Positions 1 to 11,323 of a stretch of 64,000 nt of DNA are shown one piece after another. The first letter of the stretch is position 1; each line of letters opens with the position of its first letter. The notes beneath the pieces were generated by a model. The model did not search any database and was not told the origin of the DNA. It saw only the letters and a program-made list of their open reading frames with translations. The position numbers were made by a program, and so were the translations under genes. The DNA comes from an uncultured Candidatus Rokubacteria bacterium (GTDB lineage: Bacteria > Methylomirabilota > Methylomirabilia > Rokubacteriales > CSP1-6), in NCBI GenBank assembly GCA_963762145.1, contig CAVXJS010000011.1, forward strand, positions 448,001-512,000, given 5' to 3'.

Positions 1-1134
1 CGGCGCACGGGCGCGCAGGCCGTCCATCCCGGCTACGGCTTCCTCTCCGAGAACTGGCGCTTCGCCCAGGCCTGCGAGGCGGCCGGCTTGATCTTCGTCG
101 GGCCGTCGTGGCGGGTGATCCAGCAGATGGGCGACAAGGTCGGCGCCCGCCGAGCTCATGGCGGCGGCGGGCGTGCCGGTGGTGCCGGGCAGCGACGGCC
201 CGGTGGACTCGGTCGAGGCGGCGCGGGAGGTCGCGGGCCGGATCGGGTACCCGGTGATGATCAAGGCGCGCGGCGGGCGGCGGGGGATCGGGATGATGCG
301 GGTCAAGGCGAGGCGGGCGCTGGCGGCCGCCTTCGCGTCCGCCCAGCGGCGTGCCCAGTCCGCGTTCGGGTCGGGCGCGCTGTTCGTGGAGCGCTTCCTC
401 GAAGCGCCGCGCCACATCGAGGTCCAGATCTTCGGCGACGCCGGCGGCCGCGTGGTGCATCTCCACGAGCGCGAGTGCTCGATCCAGCGCCGGCACCAGA
501 AGCTCGTGGAGGAGAGCCCCGCCCCGAACCTGTCCGCGGCCCTGAAGGCGCGACTGACCGCGGCCGCGGTGGCGGGGGCCCGGGCGGTGGGCTACGCGAA
601 CGCGGGGACCATGGAGTTCATCGTCCAGGGCGACGAGTTCTACTTTCTCGAGATGAACACGCGCCTCCAGGTGGAGCATCCGGTGACCGAGGAGGTGACC
701 GGGTTCGACCTGGTGGCGGCCCAGCTCCGCGTCGCCTCCGGGGAGCCGCTGCCGTGGACGCAGGAGCAGGTCGCCGCAGCGCGGAGCGAGCATCGAGTGC
801 CGGATCTACGCGGAGGATCCCGCCAAGGGCTTCATGCCCTCGCCGGGCCGCATCACGCGGCTCGCGCTGCCCGAGGGGCCCGGGGTGCGGCTCGAGTGCG
901 GGGTCGCGGAGGGCGTGCGAGGTCACCGTGCACTACGACCCGCTCCTCGCCAAGCTGATCGCCACCGGGGGCACGCGGGACGAGGCCATCGCGCGCATGC
1001 GCGCGGCTCTCGACGGCTTCGTGGTCGAGGGCGTGAAGACCGCGATCCCGTTCCAGCGGCGCGTGATGGAGAGCGCCGCGTTCCGGGCCGGCGCGGTGCA
1101 CACGCAGATGGTCGAGCAGGGCGCCTTCGCCTGA
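1..1134 (+). CDS. Biotin carboxylase subunit (5' truncated by window edge; frameshifted)
   Basis: Motifs [37 protein letters not shown] and YDPLLAKLI are spread across frames. Stop TGA at 1132-1134. No fused BCCP domain. Confidence 0.9.
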   Translation, partial: RRTGAQAVHPGYGFLSENWRFAQACEAAGLIFVGPSWRVIQQMGDKVGARRAHGGGGRAGGAGQRRPGGLGRGGAGGRGPDRVPGDDQGARRAAGDRDDAGQGEAGAGGRLRVRPAACPVRVRVGRAVRGALPRSAAPHRGPDLRRRRRPRGASPRARVLDPAPAPEARGGEPRPEPVRGPEGATDRGRGGGGPGGGLRERGDHGVHRPGRRVLLSRDEHAPPGGASGDRGGDRVRPGGGPAPRRLRGAAAVDAGAGRRSAERASSAGSTRRIPPRASCPRRAASRGSRCPRGPGCGSSAGSRRACEVTVHYDPLLAKLIATGGTRDEAIARMRAALDGFVVEGVKTAIPFQRRVMESAAFRAGAVHTQMVEQGAFA

Positions 1135-1157
1135 GCCGGCTCCCCCAGGTCCCCGTC

Positions 1158-2771
1158 ATGGAGACGACTCTCACCGACGCGCGGGTCCGGGCGATGACGG
1201 GGCCCGGACTCTGGCGCAACGAGAGCCTCGCCGACTACCTGGACCGCTGGGCGCGAGAGCGTCCGAACAAGATCGCGCTGGTCGACCGCTGGGGCCGCAC
1301 CACGTGGGAGGAGCTCGCCCGATCGGTGGATCGGGTGGCGGCCGGGCTCGCCCGGCGAGGGGTCGAGCGGGGGACGGTGATCGCCGTCCAGCTCCCCAAC
1401 TGGAGCGAGGCCGTGACCGTCTTTCTGGCCGCTCTCCGCCTGGGCGCCGTGATCAATCCGATCCCGCCCACCTACCGGGCCAGCGAGCTCCGGTTCATGC
1501 TGGGCCTGCTGGAGACCCGGGTGGTGGTGGGGCCGGCCGCCTTCCGCGGCTTCCAGCATGCCGGCATGCTGGCCGCGCTGCGACCCGAGCTCCCGCGCCT
1601 CGAGCACGTGTTCGTGGTGCGGGGCGACGGGGCCGTCGGCACGACGCCGTTCACCGCGCTCGCGGACACAGCGTCCGCGCCCGCGGGCGCCACGGCGGGG
1701 ACCCCGGTGAACGCGGTGCACGAAGTGGTGTTCACGTCCGGTACCACCGGGGAGCCGAAGGGCGTGATGCATACCGAGAACACCACGCTCTCGCTCATGC
1801 ACCACGCGATCGAGCGGCTCGAGCTGTCGGAGCGCGACGTGATCCTGATGGCCTCGACCGTCGGCCACCAGACGGGGTACCTCTACGGGCACTGTCTGAA
1901 CGTGCTGCTCGGCGCCACCACCGTCTGGATGGATATCTGGAATCCCGCGGAGGCGGCGCGCCTGATCGAGGCCGAGCGGGTCACGGTGAGCATGGGGGCC
2001 ACGCCGTTCTTGCGCGACCTGACCTACGCCGACGCCGGGCCGAGCCTGCGCTCGCTGCGACTGTTCATCGCGGCGGGCGCCCCGATTCCCCGGGCGCTGG
2101 TTCGCGACGGTCGGGCGCGGCTCGGCTGCGCGATCTCGGCCGGCTGGGGCATGACCGAGAACGGCATGGTCACCTGTAACGGGCTCCACGATCCCGAGGA
2201 GAAGATCTTCGGCAGCGACGGCGCCCCCCTGGGCGGAATGGAGCTCCGGGTGGTGGGCGATGACGGCGCGCCGGTCGCGCCCGGCGTCGAGGGGGACCTG
2301 CTGGTGCGCGGGCTCTCCCAGTTCGTCGGCTACGTCAAGCGGCCGCAGTTCACCGCGGACGCCTACACCGCGGACGGCTGGTTCAAGACCGGCGACCGGG
2401 CGACGCTCGATCCGCAGGGATACCTCGCCATCACCGGCCGGTCGAAGGATCTGATCATCCGAGGAGGGGAGAACATCCCGATCGTGGAGGTCGAGAACCT
2501 GCTCTACACTCATCCGAAGATCGCCGGGGTGGCCATCGTGGCCGTCCCCGACCAGCGCCTCGGGGAGCGGGCCTGTGCGGTGGTGATCCCGCGGGGGGGC
2601 GAGACGATCACCCTGGAGGAGATCACCGCGTACCTGGAGGGGCATGAGCTGGCGCGGCAGAAGTTTCCCGAGCGGCTCGAGCTGGTCTCCGAGTTCCCGA
2701 TGACTCCCAGCGGCAAGATCCAGAAGTACAAGCTCCGCGACATGATCGCCGAGCGCGCGAAGCCGCGATGA
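1158..2771 (+). CDS. Acyl-CoA ligase, cyclohexanecarboxylate-CoA ligase (AliA)-like
   Basis: ANL motifs [40 protein letters not shown] and [11 protein letters not shown] at 1158 lies in the 834..2771 ORF. Confidence 0.85.
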   Translation: METTLTDARVRAMTGPGLWRNESLADYLDRWARERPNKIALVDRWGRTTWEELARSVDRVAAGLARRGVERGTVIAVQLPNWSEAVTVFLAALRLGAVINPIPPTYRASELRFMLGLLETRVVVGPAAFRGFQHAGMLAALRPELPRLEHVFVVRGDGAVGTTPFTALADTASAPAGATAGTPVNAVHEVVFTSGTTGEPKGVMHTENTTLSLMHHAIERLELSERDVILMASTVGHQTGYLYGHCLNVLLGATTVWMDIWNPAEAARLIEAERVTVSMGATPFLRDLTYADAGPSLRSLRLFIAAGAPIPRALVRDGRARLGCAISAGWGMTENGMVTCNGLHDPEEKIFGSDGAPLGGMELRVVGDDGAPVAPGVEGDLLVRGLSQFVGYVKRPQFTADAYTADGWFKTGDRATLDPQGYLAITGRSKDLIIRGGENIPIVEVENLLYTHPKIAGVAIVAVPDQRLGERACAVVIPRGGETITLEEITAYLEGHELARQKFPERLELVSEFPMTPSGKIQKYKLRDMIAERAKPR

Positions 2772-2785
2772 AAGGCTGACCAACC

Positions 2786-3583
2786 ATGAATCTGAACCTG
2801 GGCGGCAAGAGCGTCATCGTCACCGGCGGGGGCTCGAACATCGGGCGGGCGATCAGCCTGGCCTTTGCGAAGGAGGGCGCGCACCTCACCGTCGCCGAGA
2901 TCGACGAGGGGCAGGGACGGAAGGTGGTGACGGAAGCCCAGGGCCTGGGCGCCGCGTCCGCCACGCTCGTGCCGACCGACGTGACCCGCTGGGAGTCCGT
3001 GCAGGCGATGGTCCGCGAGGTCGAGGCCCGCGCGGGCCGGGTGGACGTGCTCGTGAACAACGTGGGCTGGACCTACGACCGCCTCTTCGTGGAGAAGGAG
3101 CGGACCGAGTGGGAGCGGGAGATCCAGCTCAACCTGTGGGGCATGATCAACTGCACCCGCGCGGTCCTCGACGGCATGATCGCGCGCAAGGGGGGCGCCA
3201 TCGTCAGCATGGGCTCCGACGCCGGGCGCATGGGGGAGTTTCGCGAGGGCGTCTACGGCGCGTGCAAGGCCGGGGTCATCGCGCTGTCCAAGAGCCTCGC
3301 GCGTGAGGTCGGCCGCCACGGCATCCGGCTCAACGTGGTCTGCCCCGGGATGACCATCCCGGACTCGGAGGAAGATTTTGGCGGCCTCAGCATGTGGGCC
3401 GCGGAAGCCAACCGGGCCTGGAGCGCGCCGGACATGCAGGCGCGAATCGCCAAGGCCTATCCCCTGCGGCGGATCGGCAAGCCGGAGGACGTGGCGCCCG
3501 CGGTGATGTTCCTCGCCTCCGACGCCGCGGGCTTCATCACCGGGCAGACCCTCTCGGTGAGCGGCGGCTATACGATGATGTGA
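2786..3583 (+). CDS. SDR oxidoreductase, BadH (2-hydroxycyclohexanecarboxyl-CoA dehydrogenase)-like
   Basis: TGGGSNIG Rossmann motif, NNVGW, SDAGR, catalytic YGACK, C-terminal GQTLSVSGG. Confidence 0.85.
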   Translation: MNLNLGGKSVIVTGGGSNIGRAISLAFAKEGAHLTVAEIDEGQGRKVVTEAQGLGAASATLVPTDVTRWESVQAMVREVEARAGRVDVLVNNVGWTYDRLFVEKERTEWEREIQLNLWGMINCTRAVLDGMIARKGGAIVSMGSDAGRMGEFREGVYGACKAGVIALSKSLAREVGRHGIRLNVVCPGMTIPDSEEDFGGLSMWAAEANRAWSAPDMQARIAKAYPLRRIGKPEDVAPAVMFLASDAAGFITGQTLSVSGGYTMM

Positions 3584-3597
3584 GTGCGGAGGCGGCC

Positions 3598-4374
3598 ATG
3601 GACCTCGAGACGATCACCTACGCGACCGCCGGCGGCATCGCGCGCGTCACGCTGAACCGGCCGGACCGGCTGAACGCGATCAGCCCCGAGCTGCTCGCCG
3701 ATCTCGATCACGCCTGCGCGGCGGTGGAGGGCGATCCCGACGCGCGGGTCATGACCCTGACCGCGGCGGGCCGGGCCTTCTGCGCGGGCGCGGATCTCCG
3801 AGCGGTGCGCGAGCTCTCGCCCGATGCGGAGCGCTGGGGCGCGTTCATGGGCCTCTGGCACCGTGTCTTCGACCGGATCGAGGCCCTGCCGGTGCCGGTC
3901 ATCGCCGGGGTGCACGGGCTCGCGCTCGCGGGAGGGCTCGAGCTCGTGCTCGTGGCGGACCTGGTGGTGGCCGACGACGGCGCGCGGCTCGGTGATCAGC
4001 ACGCGAACTTCGGGCTGGTGGCGGGCGGGGGCGGCAGCCAGCGCCTGCCGCGTCTCATCGGGGCGCGTCGGGCCAAGGAGCTGATGCTGCTCGGCGGCTG
4101 GCTCACCGCGCCGGAGGCGCTCGCCTGGGGCCTCGTCAATCGCGTGGTCCCGGCCGGGACGGTCGCGGCGGCGGTGGACGAGATGGCGGCCGCGCTGGCC
4201 GCGGGCAGCGGATCGGCCAACCGCACCGTGAAGGCGCTGGTGGCTCGCGCCTTCGATACCGAGCTGGCGGACGGCCTCGCGCTGGAGCGGCGCCTGGTGG
4301 CGGAGCACATGCGCTCCGCCGATGCGGCCGAGGGGCTGCGCGCGTTCGCCGAGAAGCGGAAGCCGAGGTTCTAG
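3598..4374 (+). CDS. Enoyl-CoA hydratase/isomerase family protein
   Basis: LNRPDRLNA, FCAGADL, AGGLEL and AFAEKRKP motifs. GGAGG RBS before ATG 3598. Confidence 0.9.
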   Translation: MDLETITYATAGGIARVTLNRPDRLNAISPELLADLDHACAAVEGDPDARVMTLTAAGRAFCAGADLRAVRELSPDAERWGAFMGLWHRVFDRIEALPVPVIAGVHGLALAGGLELVLVADLVVADDGARLGDQHANFGLVAGGGGSQRLPRLIGARRAKELMLLGGWLTAPEALAWGLVNRVVPAGTVAAAVDEMAAALAAGSGSANRTVKALVARAFDTELADGLALERRLVAEHMRSADAAEGLRAFAEKRKPRF

Positions 4375-4380
4375 AGACGC

Positions 4381-5532
4381 ATGGATCTCGCGTTCTCGCC
4401 CGAGCAGGACGAGCTGGTGCGCGCGCTCCGGCAGTTCGCGCGGCGCGAGCTCGCGCCGCACTCGGCCCACTGGGACCGGACCGGCGAGTTCCCCTGGGAG
4501 GCCTGGCGACGCATGGGCGAGCTGGGGCTGCTGGGCCTGCGCATCCCCGAGGCCTACGGGGGCCAGAGTGCGGACTTCCTGACCTTCGGCATCGCGATGG
4601 AGGAGATCGGGCGTGGCGATTTCAGCTGTACCTACGGGATCCAGCTCGCGGGGCTGGCCGGAGAGATCCTGGGGCGCAGCGGCGGCGAGGAGATCAAATC
4701 CCGGTGGCTGCCCCCGACCGCGAGCGGCGAGGCGGTCGTCGCGCTCGCCCTCACCGAGCCGGGCGCCGGCTCGGACGCGGCCAACCTGGCCTGCCGGGCC
4801 GAGCGTGACGGCGATGGCTATGTCATCACCGGGGAGAAGTCCGGCATCAGCCTGGGCATGGCGGCGCAGGCCGCGATCGTCTTCGCGCGCACCGACCCCG
4901 CGGGTCGCGCGCGCGGGGTGACCGCCTTCCTGGTGCCGCTCGACCTGCCGGGCGTCTCGCGAAGCCCCCTCCGCGACATGGGCACCCGCGCCATCGGCCG
5001 CGCCGTCCTGGCTTTCGACCACGTGCGCGTGCCCGCGTCGCACCGGCTGGGCGAGGAAGGCACCGGCTTCTACCAGGTCATGCAGGGCTTCGACTACAAC
5101 CGGATCGGCATCGCGCTCGCGTGCCTCGGGGTGGCCCAGCAGTCGGTCGAGGAGACCATGGGCTACGTGAAGGAGCGCAAGGCCTTCGGCCACGCGATCG
5201 CCCGCTTCCAGGGCGTCTCCTTTCCGATCGCGGAGGCGGCCACGCACCTGGAGGCCTGCCGCTGGCTCTGCTACCGCGCGCTCTGGCTCGCCGATCACGG
5301 GCGCCCGCACACCAAGGAATCGGCGATGACCAAGTGGTGGGGTCCGCGGCTGGCGGTGGACACGATCCACCAGTGCCTGCTGCTGCACGGCCACTACGGC
5401 TACACCGACGAGCTGCCCTTCGAGCAGCGCATGCGGGACGTGATCGGGCTCGAGATCGGCGACGGGGCCAGCGAGGTCATGAAGATGGTGGTGGCCCGCG
5501 AGCTCATGGGACGCGAGAGCCTGCCCTACTAG
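4381..5532 (+). CDS. Acyl-CoA dehydrogenase, cyclohexanecarboxyl-CoA dehydrogenase (AliB)-like
   Basis: LTEPGAGSD, GEKSGIS, FQGVSFP, HQCLLLHGHYGY and RDVIGLEIGDG. The last three are typical of the AliB clade. Confidence 0.85.
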   Translation: MDLAFSPEQDELVRALRQFARRELAPHSAHWDRTGEFPWEAWRRMGELGLLGLRIPEAYGGQSADFLTFGIAMEEIGRGDFSCTYGIQLAGLAGEILGRSGGEEIKSRWLPPTASGEAVVALALTEPGAGSDAANLACRAERDGDGYVITGEKSGISLGMAAQAAIVFARTDPAGRARGVTAFLVPLDLPGVSRSPLRDMGTRAIGRAVLAFDHVRVPASHRLGEEGTGFYQVMQGFDYNRIGIALACLGVAQQSVEETMGYVKERKAFGHAIARFQGVSFPIAEAATHLEACRWLCYRALWLADHGRPHTKESAMTKWWGPRLAVDTIHQCLLLHGHYGYTDELPFEQRMRDVIGLEIGDGASEVMKMVVARELMGRESLPY

Positions 5533-5590
5533 CCGCGCCGCCCGGCGGCGGCCTTCTGTGAGAGAATGCGGCGGCCTCGAGAGACGCCGC

Positions 5591-5607
5591 GATAATTCGA
5601 CAAGGAG
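5591..5607 (+). promoter_or_regulatory. Putative -10 (GATAAT) and RBS (AAGGAG) for the BCCP gene
   Basis: GATAAT at 5591-5596, AAGGAG at 5602-5607, ATG at 5614. Confidence 0.4.
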
Positions 5608-5613
5608 CCTTCA

Positions 5614-5829
5614 ATGCCCGAGGAAGTCAAAGCCCACATCACCGGCGTGGTGTTCCAGATTCCCACCAAGCTGGGTGACGCGGTGGCCGCCGGTGACGCG
5701 ATCATCGTGCTCGAATCGATGAAGATGGAAATTCCGGTGGAAGCTCCCCGCGCCGGCACGGTGCGCGAGATCAAGGTCACCGAGGGCCAGACGGTACAGG
5801 AGGGAGATACCGTCGCGCTCCTAGACTGA
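5614..5829 (+). CDS. Stand-alone biotin carboxyl carrier protein
   Basis: 71 aa with the ESMKME biotinylation motif. Confidence 0.92.
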   Translation: MPEEVKAHITGVVFQIPTKLGDAVAAGDAIIVLESMKMEIPVEAPRAGTVREIKVTEGQTVQEGDTVALLD

Positions 5830-5851
5830 CCCCGTCCCCGAAGGAGACCCC

Positions 5852-6355
5852 ATGTCCATCGCGCTGGTCCGGGAGCACTACGACTACCACCACTGGGCGA
5901 ACCGGCGGCTCTTCGACCAGGCCACCGGCCTGGGCGACGCGGTGACGCGCGACATGGGCGCGCACTGGAGCGCCCCCACGCTCAAGGGCATGTTCGCCCA
6001 CATCCACGGCGCCGACCACGTCTGGCTCGCCCGGTGGAGGGGGTCGTCCCCGAGCCGGCTCCGGGGGGACGCGGACTTCGCGAGCATGACCGATCTGCGC
6101 GCGCAGTGGGACGCGCTGGAGGCGGAGCAGCGCGCCTTCGTGGCCGGACTGGGAGACGCCGATCTCACCCGGCCGGTGCAGTACCGGAACACGGAGGGCA
6201 AGGAGTTCCAGGTGGCCCTCGGGGCGCTGCTCCAGCACGTGGTCAACCACGCGACCCACCATCGCAGCGAGGCCGCGACCATGATCACCCTGATCAGTGG
6301 CTCGCCCCCCGACACCGGGATCAACACCTACCGCGTCGCGGTCGTGAAGGGCTGA
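5852..6355 (+). CDS. DinB/YfiT family protein
   Basis: YHHWANRRL, HIHGADHVW and HVVNHATHHR metal-binding His motifs. Confidence 0.85.
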   Translation: MSIALVREHYDYHHWANRRLFDQATGLGDAVTRDMGAHWSAPTLKGMFAHIHGADHVWLARWRGSSPSRLRGDADFASMTDLRAQWDALEAEQRAFVAGLGDADLTRPVQYRNTEGKEFQVALGALLQHVVNHATHHRSEAATMITLISGSPPDTGINTYRVAVVKG

Positions 6356-6366
6356 GCCCGTTGGGG

Positions 6367-7911
6367 ATGAAGGAGCTGGCCGACGATCTCCGGACGCGGC
6401 GGCAGCGGGCCGTCGCGATGGGAGGCCCGGAGGCCGTCGCCAAGCAGCACGCGGAGGGCAAGCTGACCGTCCGCGAGCGCCTGGACCTGCTCTTCGATGC
6501 GGGCTCGTTCCAGGAGCTCGGCGTGCTCGCCACCCACGCCAACATCGTGCCCTCCATGAGGGGCCGGGAGACGCCGGCCGACGGGGTGGTGACCGGCTTC
6601 GGCAAGGTCAGCGGCAGGCCCGCCGCGGTGATCGCCTACGACTTCACGGTCATGGCCGGCTCCATGGGGCGCACCGCCGAGGTGAAGTGCAACCGGGCCC
6701 GCGAGATCGCGCTCACCAAGCGCATGCCGATGATCTGGCTGATCGACTCGGCGGGCGCGCGGATCCAGGAGGCGATCGGCTCCACGTTCGCGGGCTCGGG
6801 CTTTCTGTTCCGGGAGGAGTCCATCATGTCTGGCGTGGTCCCGATGGTGGCCGCCATGATGGGCCCGGGCGCAGCCGGTACCGCCTACATTCCCGCGCTC
6901 GCGGACTTCGTGCCGATGGTGGCCGGGACGAGCCACATGGCCCTGGGTGGCCCGCCCCTGGTGAAGGCGGTGGTGGGAGAGGAGATCACGGCGGAGGAGC
7001 TGGGGGGCTCGAAGGTCCACACGGAGATCTCGGGCGTGGCCGACCTCGAAGTCGCGGACGACCGGGCCTGCATCGCGGCGGTGAAGGAGTATCTCGCCTT
7101 CTTCCCGACGTCGAACCTGGAGCAGCCCCCGGTGCTCCCCTGCGACGATCCCGCCGATCGCATGGACGAGGCGCTGGTGAGCCTCGTGCCGGACAGCGCG
7201 CGCCGCGCCTACGACATGAAGAAGGTGATCGGGCACCTGGTCGACCACGGGCGGTTCTTCGAGATCAAGCCGGGCTGGGCCCGCAACCTCATCATCGGCC
7301 TCGCTCGGATGGGCGGCCGGCCGGTGGGCATCGTCGCGAACCAGCCCATGGTGCTGGGCGGGGCCCTCGACGTGGACGCGGCGGACAAGGCGGCGCGCTT
7401 CATCATGCTGTGCGATGCCTTCCACATCCCGCTGCTGTTCCTGCAGGACGTGCCCGGCTTCCTGGTGGGCTCGAAGGTGGAGCGCCAGGGTATCATCCGC
7501 CACGGGGCCAAGATGCTCTACGCGGTCAGCGAAGCCACCGTGCCCAAGGTCACGGTGGTGGTGCGGAAGGCGTACGGCGCGGGCTACTTCGTCATGTGCG
7601 GGCGAGCCTACGAGCCGGACCTGATCGTGGCCTGGCCCACCGCCGAGATCTCGGTGATGGGGCCGGAGGGTGGCACCAACATCATCTTCCGGAAGGAGAT
7701 CGCGGCTGCGGCCAGCCCCGACGAGGAGCGCGCCCGGAGGGTGGAGGAGTTCCGCGGGCTGATCAACCCCTACATCGCGGCGGGCGGCGCGCTGATCGAC
7801 GACGTCATCGACCCGAGGGAAACCCGCCCGGTGGTGATTCGCGCGCTCGAGATGGCCCGCACCAAGAAGGTCGAGCGGCCCTGGAAGAAGCATGGAGTGA
7901 TGCCGGTCTAG
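6367..7911 (+). CDS. Acyl-CoA carboxylase carboxyltransferase (beta) subunit
   Basis: GKLTVRERL, DFTVMAGS, DSAGARIQE, DVPGF, RKAYGAG, IDPRETR and KHGVMP. Confidence 0.92.
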   Translation: MKELADDLRTRRQRAVAMGGPEAVAKQHAEGKLTVRERLDLLFDAGSFQELGVLATHANIVPSMRGRETPADGVVTGFGKVSGRPAAVIAYDFTVMAGSMGRTAEVKCNRAREIALTKRMPMIWLIDSAGARIQEAIGSTFAGSGFLFREESIMSGVVPMVAAMMGPGAAGTAYIPALADFVPMVAGTSHMALGGPPLVKAVVGEEITAEELGGSKVHTEISGVADLEVADDRACIAAVKEYLAFFPTSNLEQPPVLPCDDPADRMDEALVSLVPDSARRAYDMKKVIGHLVDHGRFFEIKPGWARNLIIGLARMGGRPVGIVANQPMVLGGALDVDAADKAARFIMLCDAFHIPLLFLQDVPGFLVGSKVERQGIIRHGAKMLYAVSEATVPKVTVVVRKAYGAGYFVMCGRAYEPDLIVAWPTAEISVMGPEGGTNIIFRKEIAAAASPDEERARRVEEFRGLINPYIAAGGALIDDVIDPRETRPVVIRALEMARTKKVERPWKKHGVMPV

Positions 7912-7928
7912 CCAAGGAGGAGACTGCC

Positions 7929-8765
7929 ATGGATCTCGGAATCTGCATGTTCGCCACCGACTATTCGATCCGGACCGACGAGCTGGCCCGCGCGGCCGAG
8001 GAGCGCGGCTTCGAGTCGCTGTTCGTGCCGGAGCACACCCACATCCCCACCAGCCGGCGCACGCCGTTCCCCGGCGGCGAGCCGCTCCCGAAGGAGTACT
8101 CGCACACGTTCGATCCCTTCATCTCGCTGATGGCGGCGGCCGCGGTCACCAAGCGCCTGAAGATCGGCACCGGGATCTGCCTGATCATCGAGCGCGACAC
8201 GATCACCACCGCGAAGGAGGTGGCGAGCCTCGACCAGCTCTCGGGCGGGCGCTTCCTCTTCGGGATCGGCGCGGGGTGGAACCAGGACGAGATGGAGAAC
8301 CACGGCACCGAGTACAAGAGCCGCTTCCATCGGATGCGCGAGCAGGTGCTGGCCATGAAGGAGATCTGGACCAAGGACGAGGCGCAGTTCCACGGCCAGC
8401 ACGTGAACTTCGATCCCATCTGGTCCTGGCCCAAGCCCGCCCAGCGGCCCCATCCGCCGGTGCTGCTGGGTGGGGAGAGCGGCCACACGCTGCAGCGGGT
8501 GGTGGACTTCTGCGAGGGCTGGTTCCCGCGTGGCCGCGCGGGGGACGTGATCCTGGCCGGGCTCAAGGACCTGAAGGCCCGGGCTGCGCGCGCCGGGCGC
8601 GACATGAAGACGATCTCGGTCTCGGTCTTCGGCGCGAAGCCCGACGAGGCGACGCTCGAGACCTACGCGGGCGCGGGTATCAACCGGTCCATCCTGCGCC
8701 TGCCGTCCGATGGGCGCGACGTGATTCTTCCGCTGCTCGACCAGTACGCGAAGCTGATCCGCTGA
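7929..8765 (+). CDS. LLM-class (probably F420-dependent) oxidoreductase
   Basis: AEERGFESLFVPEHTHIP, SLDQLSGGRFLFGIGAGWN and PKPAQRPHPP. AAGGAGG RBS. Confidence 0.85.
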   Translation: MDLGICMFATDYSIRTDELARAAEERGFESLFVPEHTHIPTSRRTPFPGGEPLPKEYSHTFDPFISLMAAAAVTKRLKIGTGICLIIERDTITTAKEVASLDQLSGGRFLFGIGAGWNQDEMENHGTEYKSRFHRMREQVLAMKEIWTKDEAQFHGQHVNFDPIWSWPKPAQRPHPPVLLGGESGHTLQRVVDFCEGWFPRGRAGDVILAGLKDLKARAARAGRDMKTISVSVFGAKPDEATLETYAGAGINRSILRLPSDGRDVILPLLDQYAKLIR

Positions 8766-8779
8766 GAGCAGGAACAAGA

Positions 8780-8815
8780 CGGGCCCGGCGGCCGATCTTC
8801 CGGCCGCCGGGCCCG
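8780..8815. terminator. Hairpin between convergent genes (probable bidirectional terminator)
   Basis: Perfect 15-bp stem CGGGCCCGGCGGCCG-ATCTTC-CGGCCGCCGGGCCCG. No long U tract. Confidence 0.7.
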
Positions 8816-8833
8816 ATGTCGTCCTGGCCCGAG

Positions 8834-10360
<1,527 letters not shown>

Positions 10361-10617
10361 TACGGCCTCTCGTGTTCGTCGGGATGTGTCGGTATTTATT
10401 TCCGGCCCGATTCTCCGTGGTCCACGCCTCGCTGTTTAGACGCCGATTCCGGTGCGGAGGTTTCAGAGAACGTTGGCGCTCCGTGAAGCTCATCCGAGGG
10501 AACCCGTCAACTGCGCGCTGTGTTCCGCGCACCCCGGCATCGGAGCAATGACGTACGCCGCCAGCGCAGTATTCAGCCCGGTGGCCGGTTCTCGGAAAGG
10601 GACGCTACCGCGGGGGC

Positions 10618-11229
10618 TTAGTTGGCCTTGTTGAGGGCGAGGTCGAACCAGGCCAGCACGTATTCCTTCATGGGGACCACCAGCCAGGATCGAAGCAGGG
10701 GGATCCCGTAGTCGCCGGGCCGGATCCGGTCCTCGCCCCGGACCCACAGGGCACCCTGCCGGAGGCGGATGCGCCCGAGGAAGCTCACGGGTCGCTCGGT
10801 GCCTCGCATGAAGAGCACCCCGTGGAGGGCCAGCAGCACGTCGGTGTTCTCGCTCAGCGACGCGAACGAGCTCTCGACCTTGTCGATCCGGAACCGGATC
10901 TCGGGATGGGGCTCGCCATCGAGCGCCCGCCGGAGATCCTTGTCCCGGCCCGTCTTTCCGGTCCGAAGACTGGCGACCGGTGCGGCCAGGGAGCCCTTGA
11001 TGGGCTTCTTGAGGTCCTCGATGTCCACCTCGACTTCGCCGCTGGGGACCTCGCTCGCGCCGGTGAAGTTCCCGAAGGGGTGGAAGGCGTCGAAACCCAC
11101 ACGGCTCTTGCCGCTTTCCACCACCCAGCGTCCGGTCTCGGCGAGGGCCGGTCCGGTGGGGGAGAAAGCAAGGAGCACGAGGGTGAGCGATAGGACGGCA
11201 CGTCGTGCGGGCACAGGGTGGGATACCAT
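10618..11229 (-). CDS. YceI-like lipid/polyisoprenoid-binding secreted protein
   Basis: Signal peptide ending ALA. SRVGFDAFH, SLRTGKTGRDKDLR and HPEIRF match the YceI pattern. Confidence 0.75.
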   Translation of the reverse strand: MVSHPVPARRAVLSLTLVLLAFSPTGPALAETGRWVVESGKSRVGFDAFHPFGNFTGASEVPSGEVEVDIEDLKKPIKGSLAAPVASLRTGKTGRDKDLRRALDGEPHPEIRFRIDKVESSFASLSENTDVLLALHGVLFMRGTERPVSFLGRIRLRQGALWVRGEDRIRPGDYGIPLLRSWLVVPMKEYVLAWFDLALNKAN

Positions 11230-11266
11230 GGGCGCTACGAGCGGGTCAACATTGGCGGGAAAATTG

Positions 11267-11296
11267 TTGACACCGCCGGAGGGGCAGTCTTACCGT
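11267..11296 (+). promoter_or_regulatory. Putative sigma70 promoter for the malic enzyme operon
   Basis: TTGACA at 11267-11272 and TACCGT at 11291-11296 (18-bp spacer). Confidence 0.5.
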
Positions 11297-11323
11297 CTAA
11301 ACGCCCGCCATGACGAACGATTG

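Noticed and set aside
5532-5590. Hairpins after the acyl-CoA dehydrogenase as a terminator or operator
   Set aside because: They are imperfect, GC-only stems with a weak U tract and cannot be distinguished from chance at this GC content.
10361-10617. Known riboswitch or tRNA upstream of the sigma factor
   Set aside because: No recognisable consensus or cloverleaf on either strand by eye.
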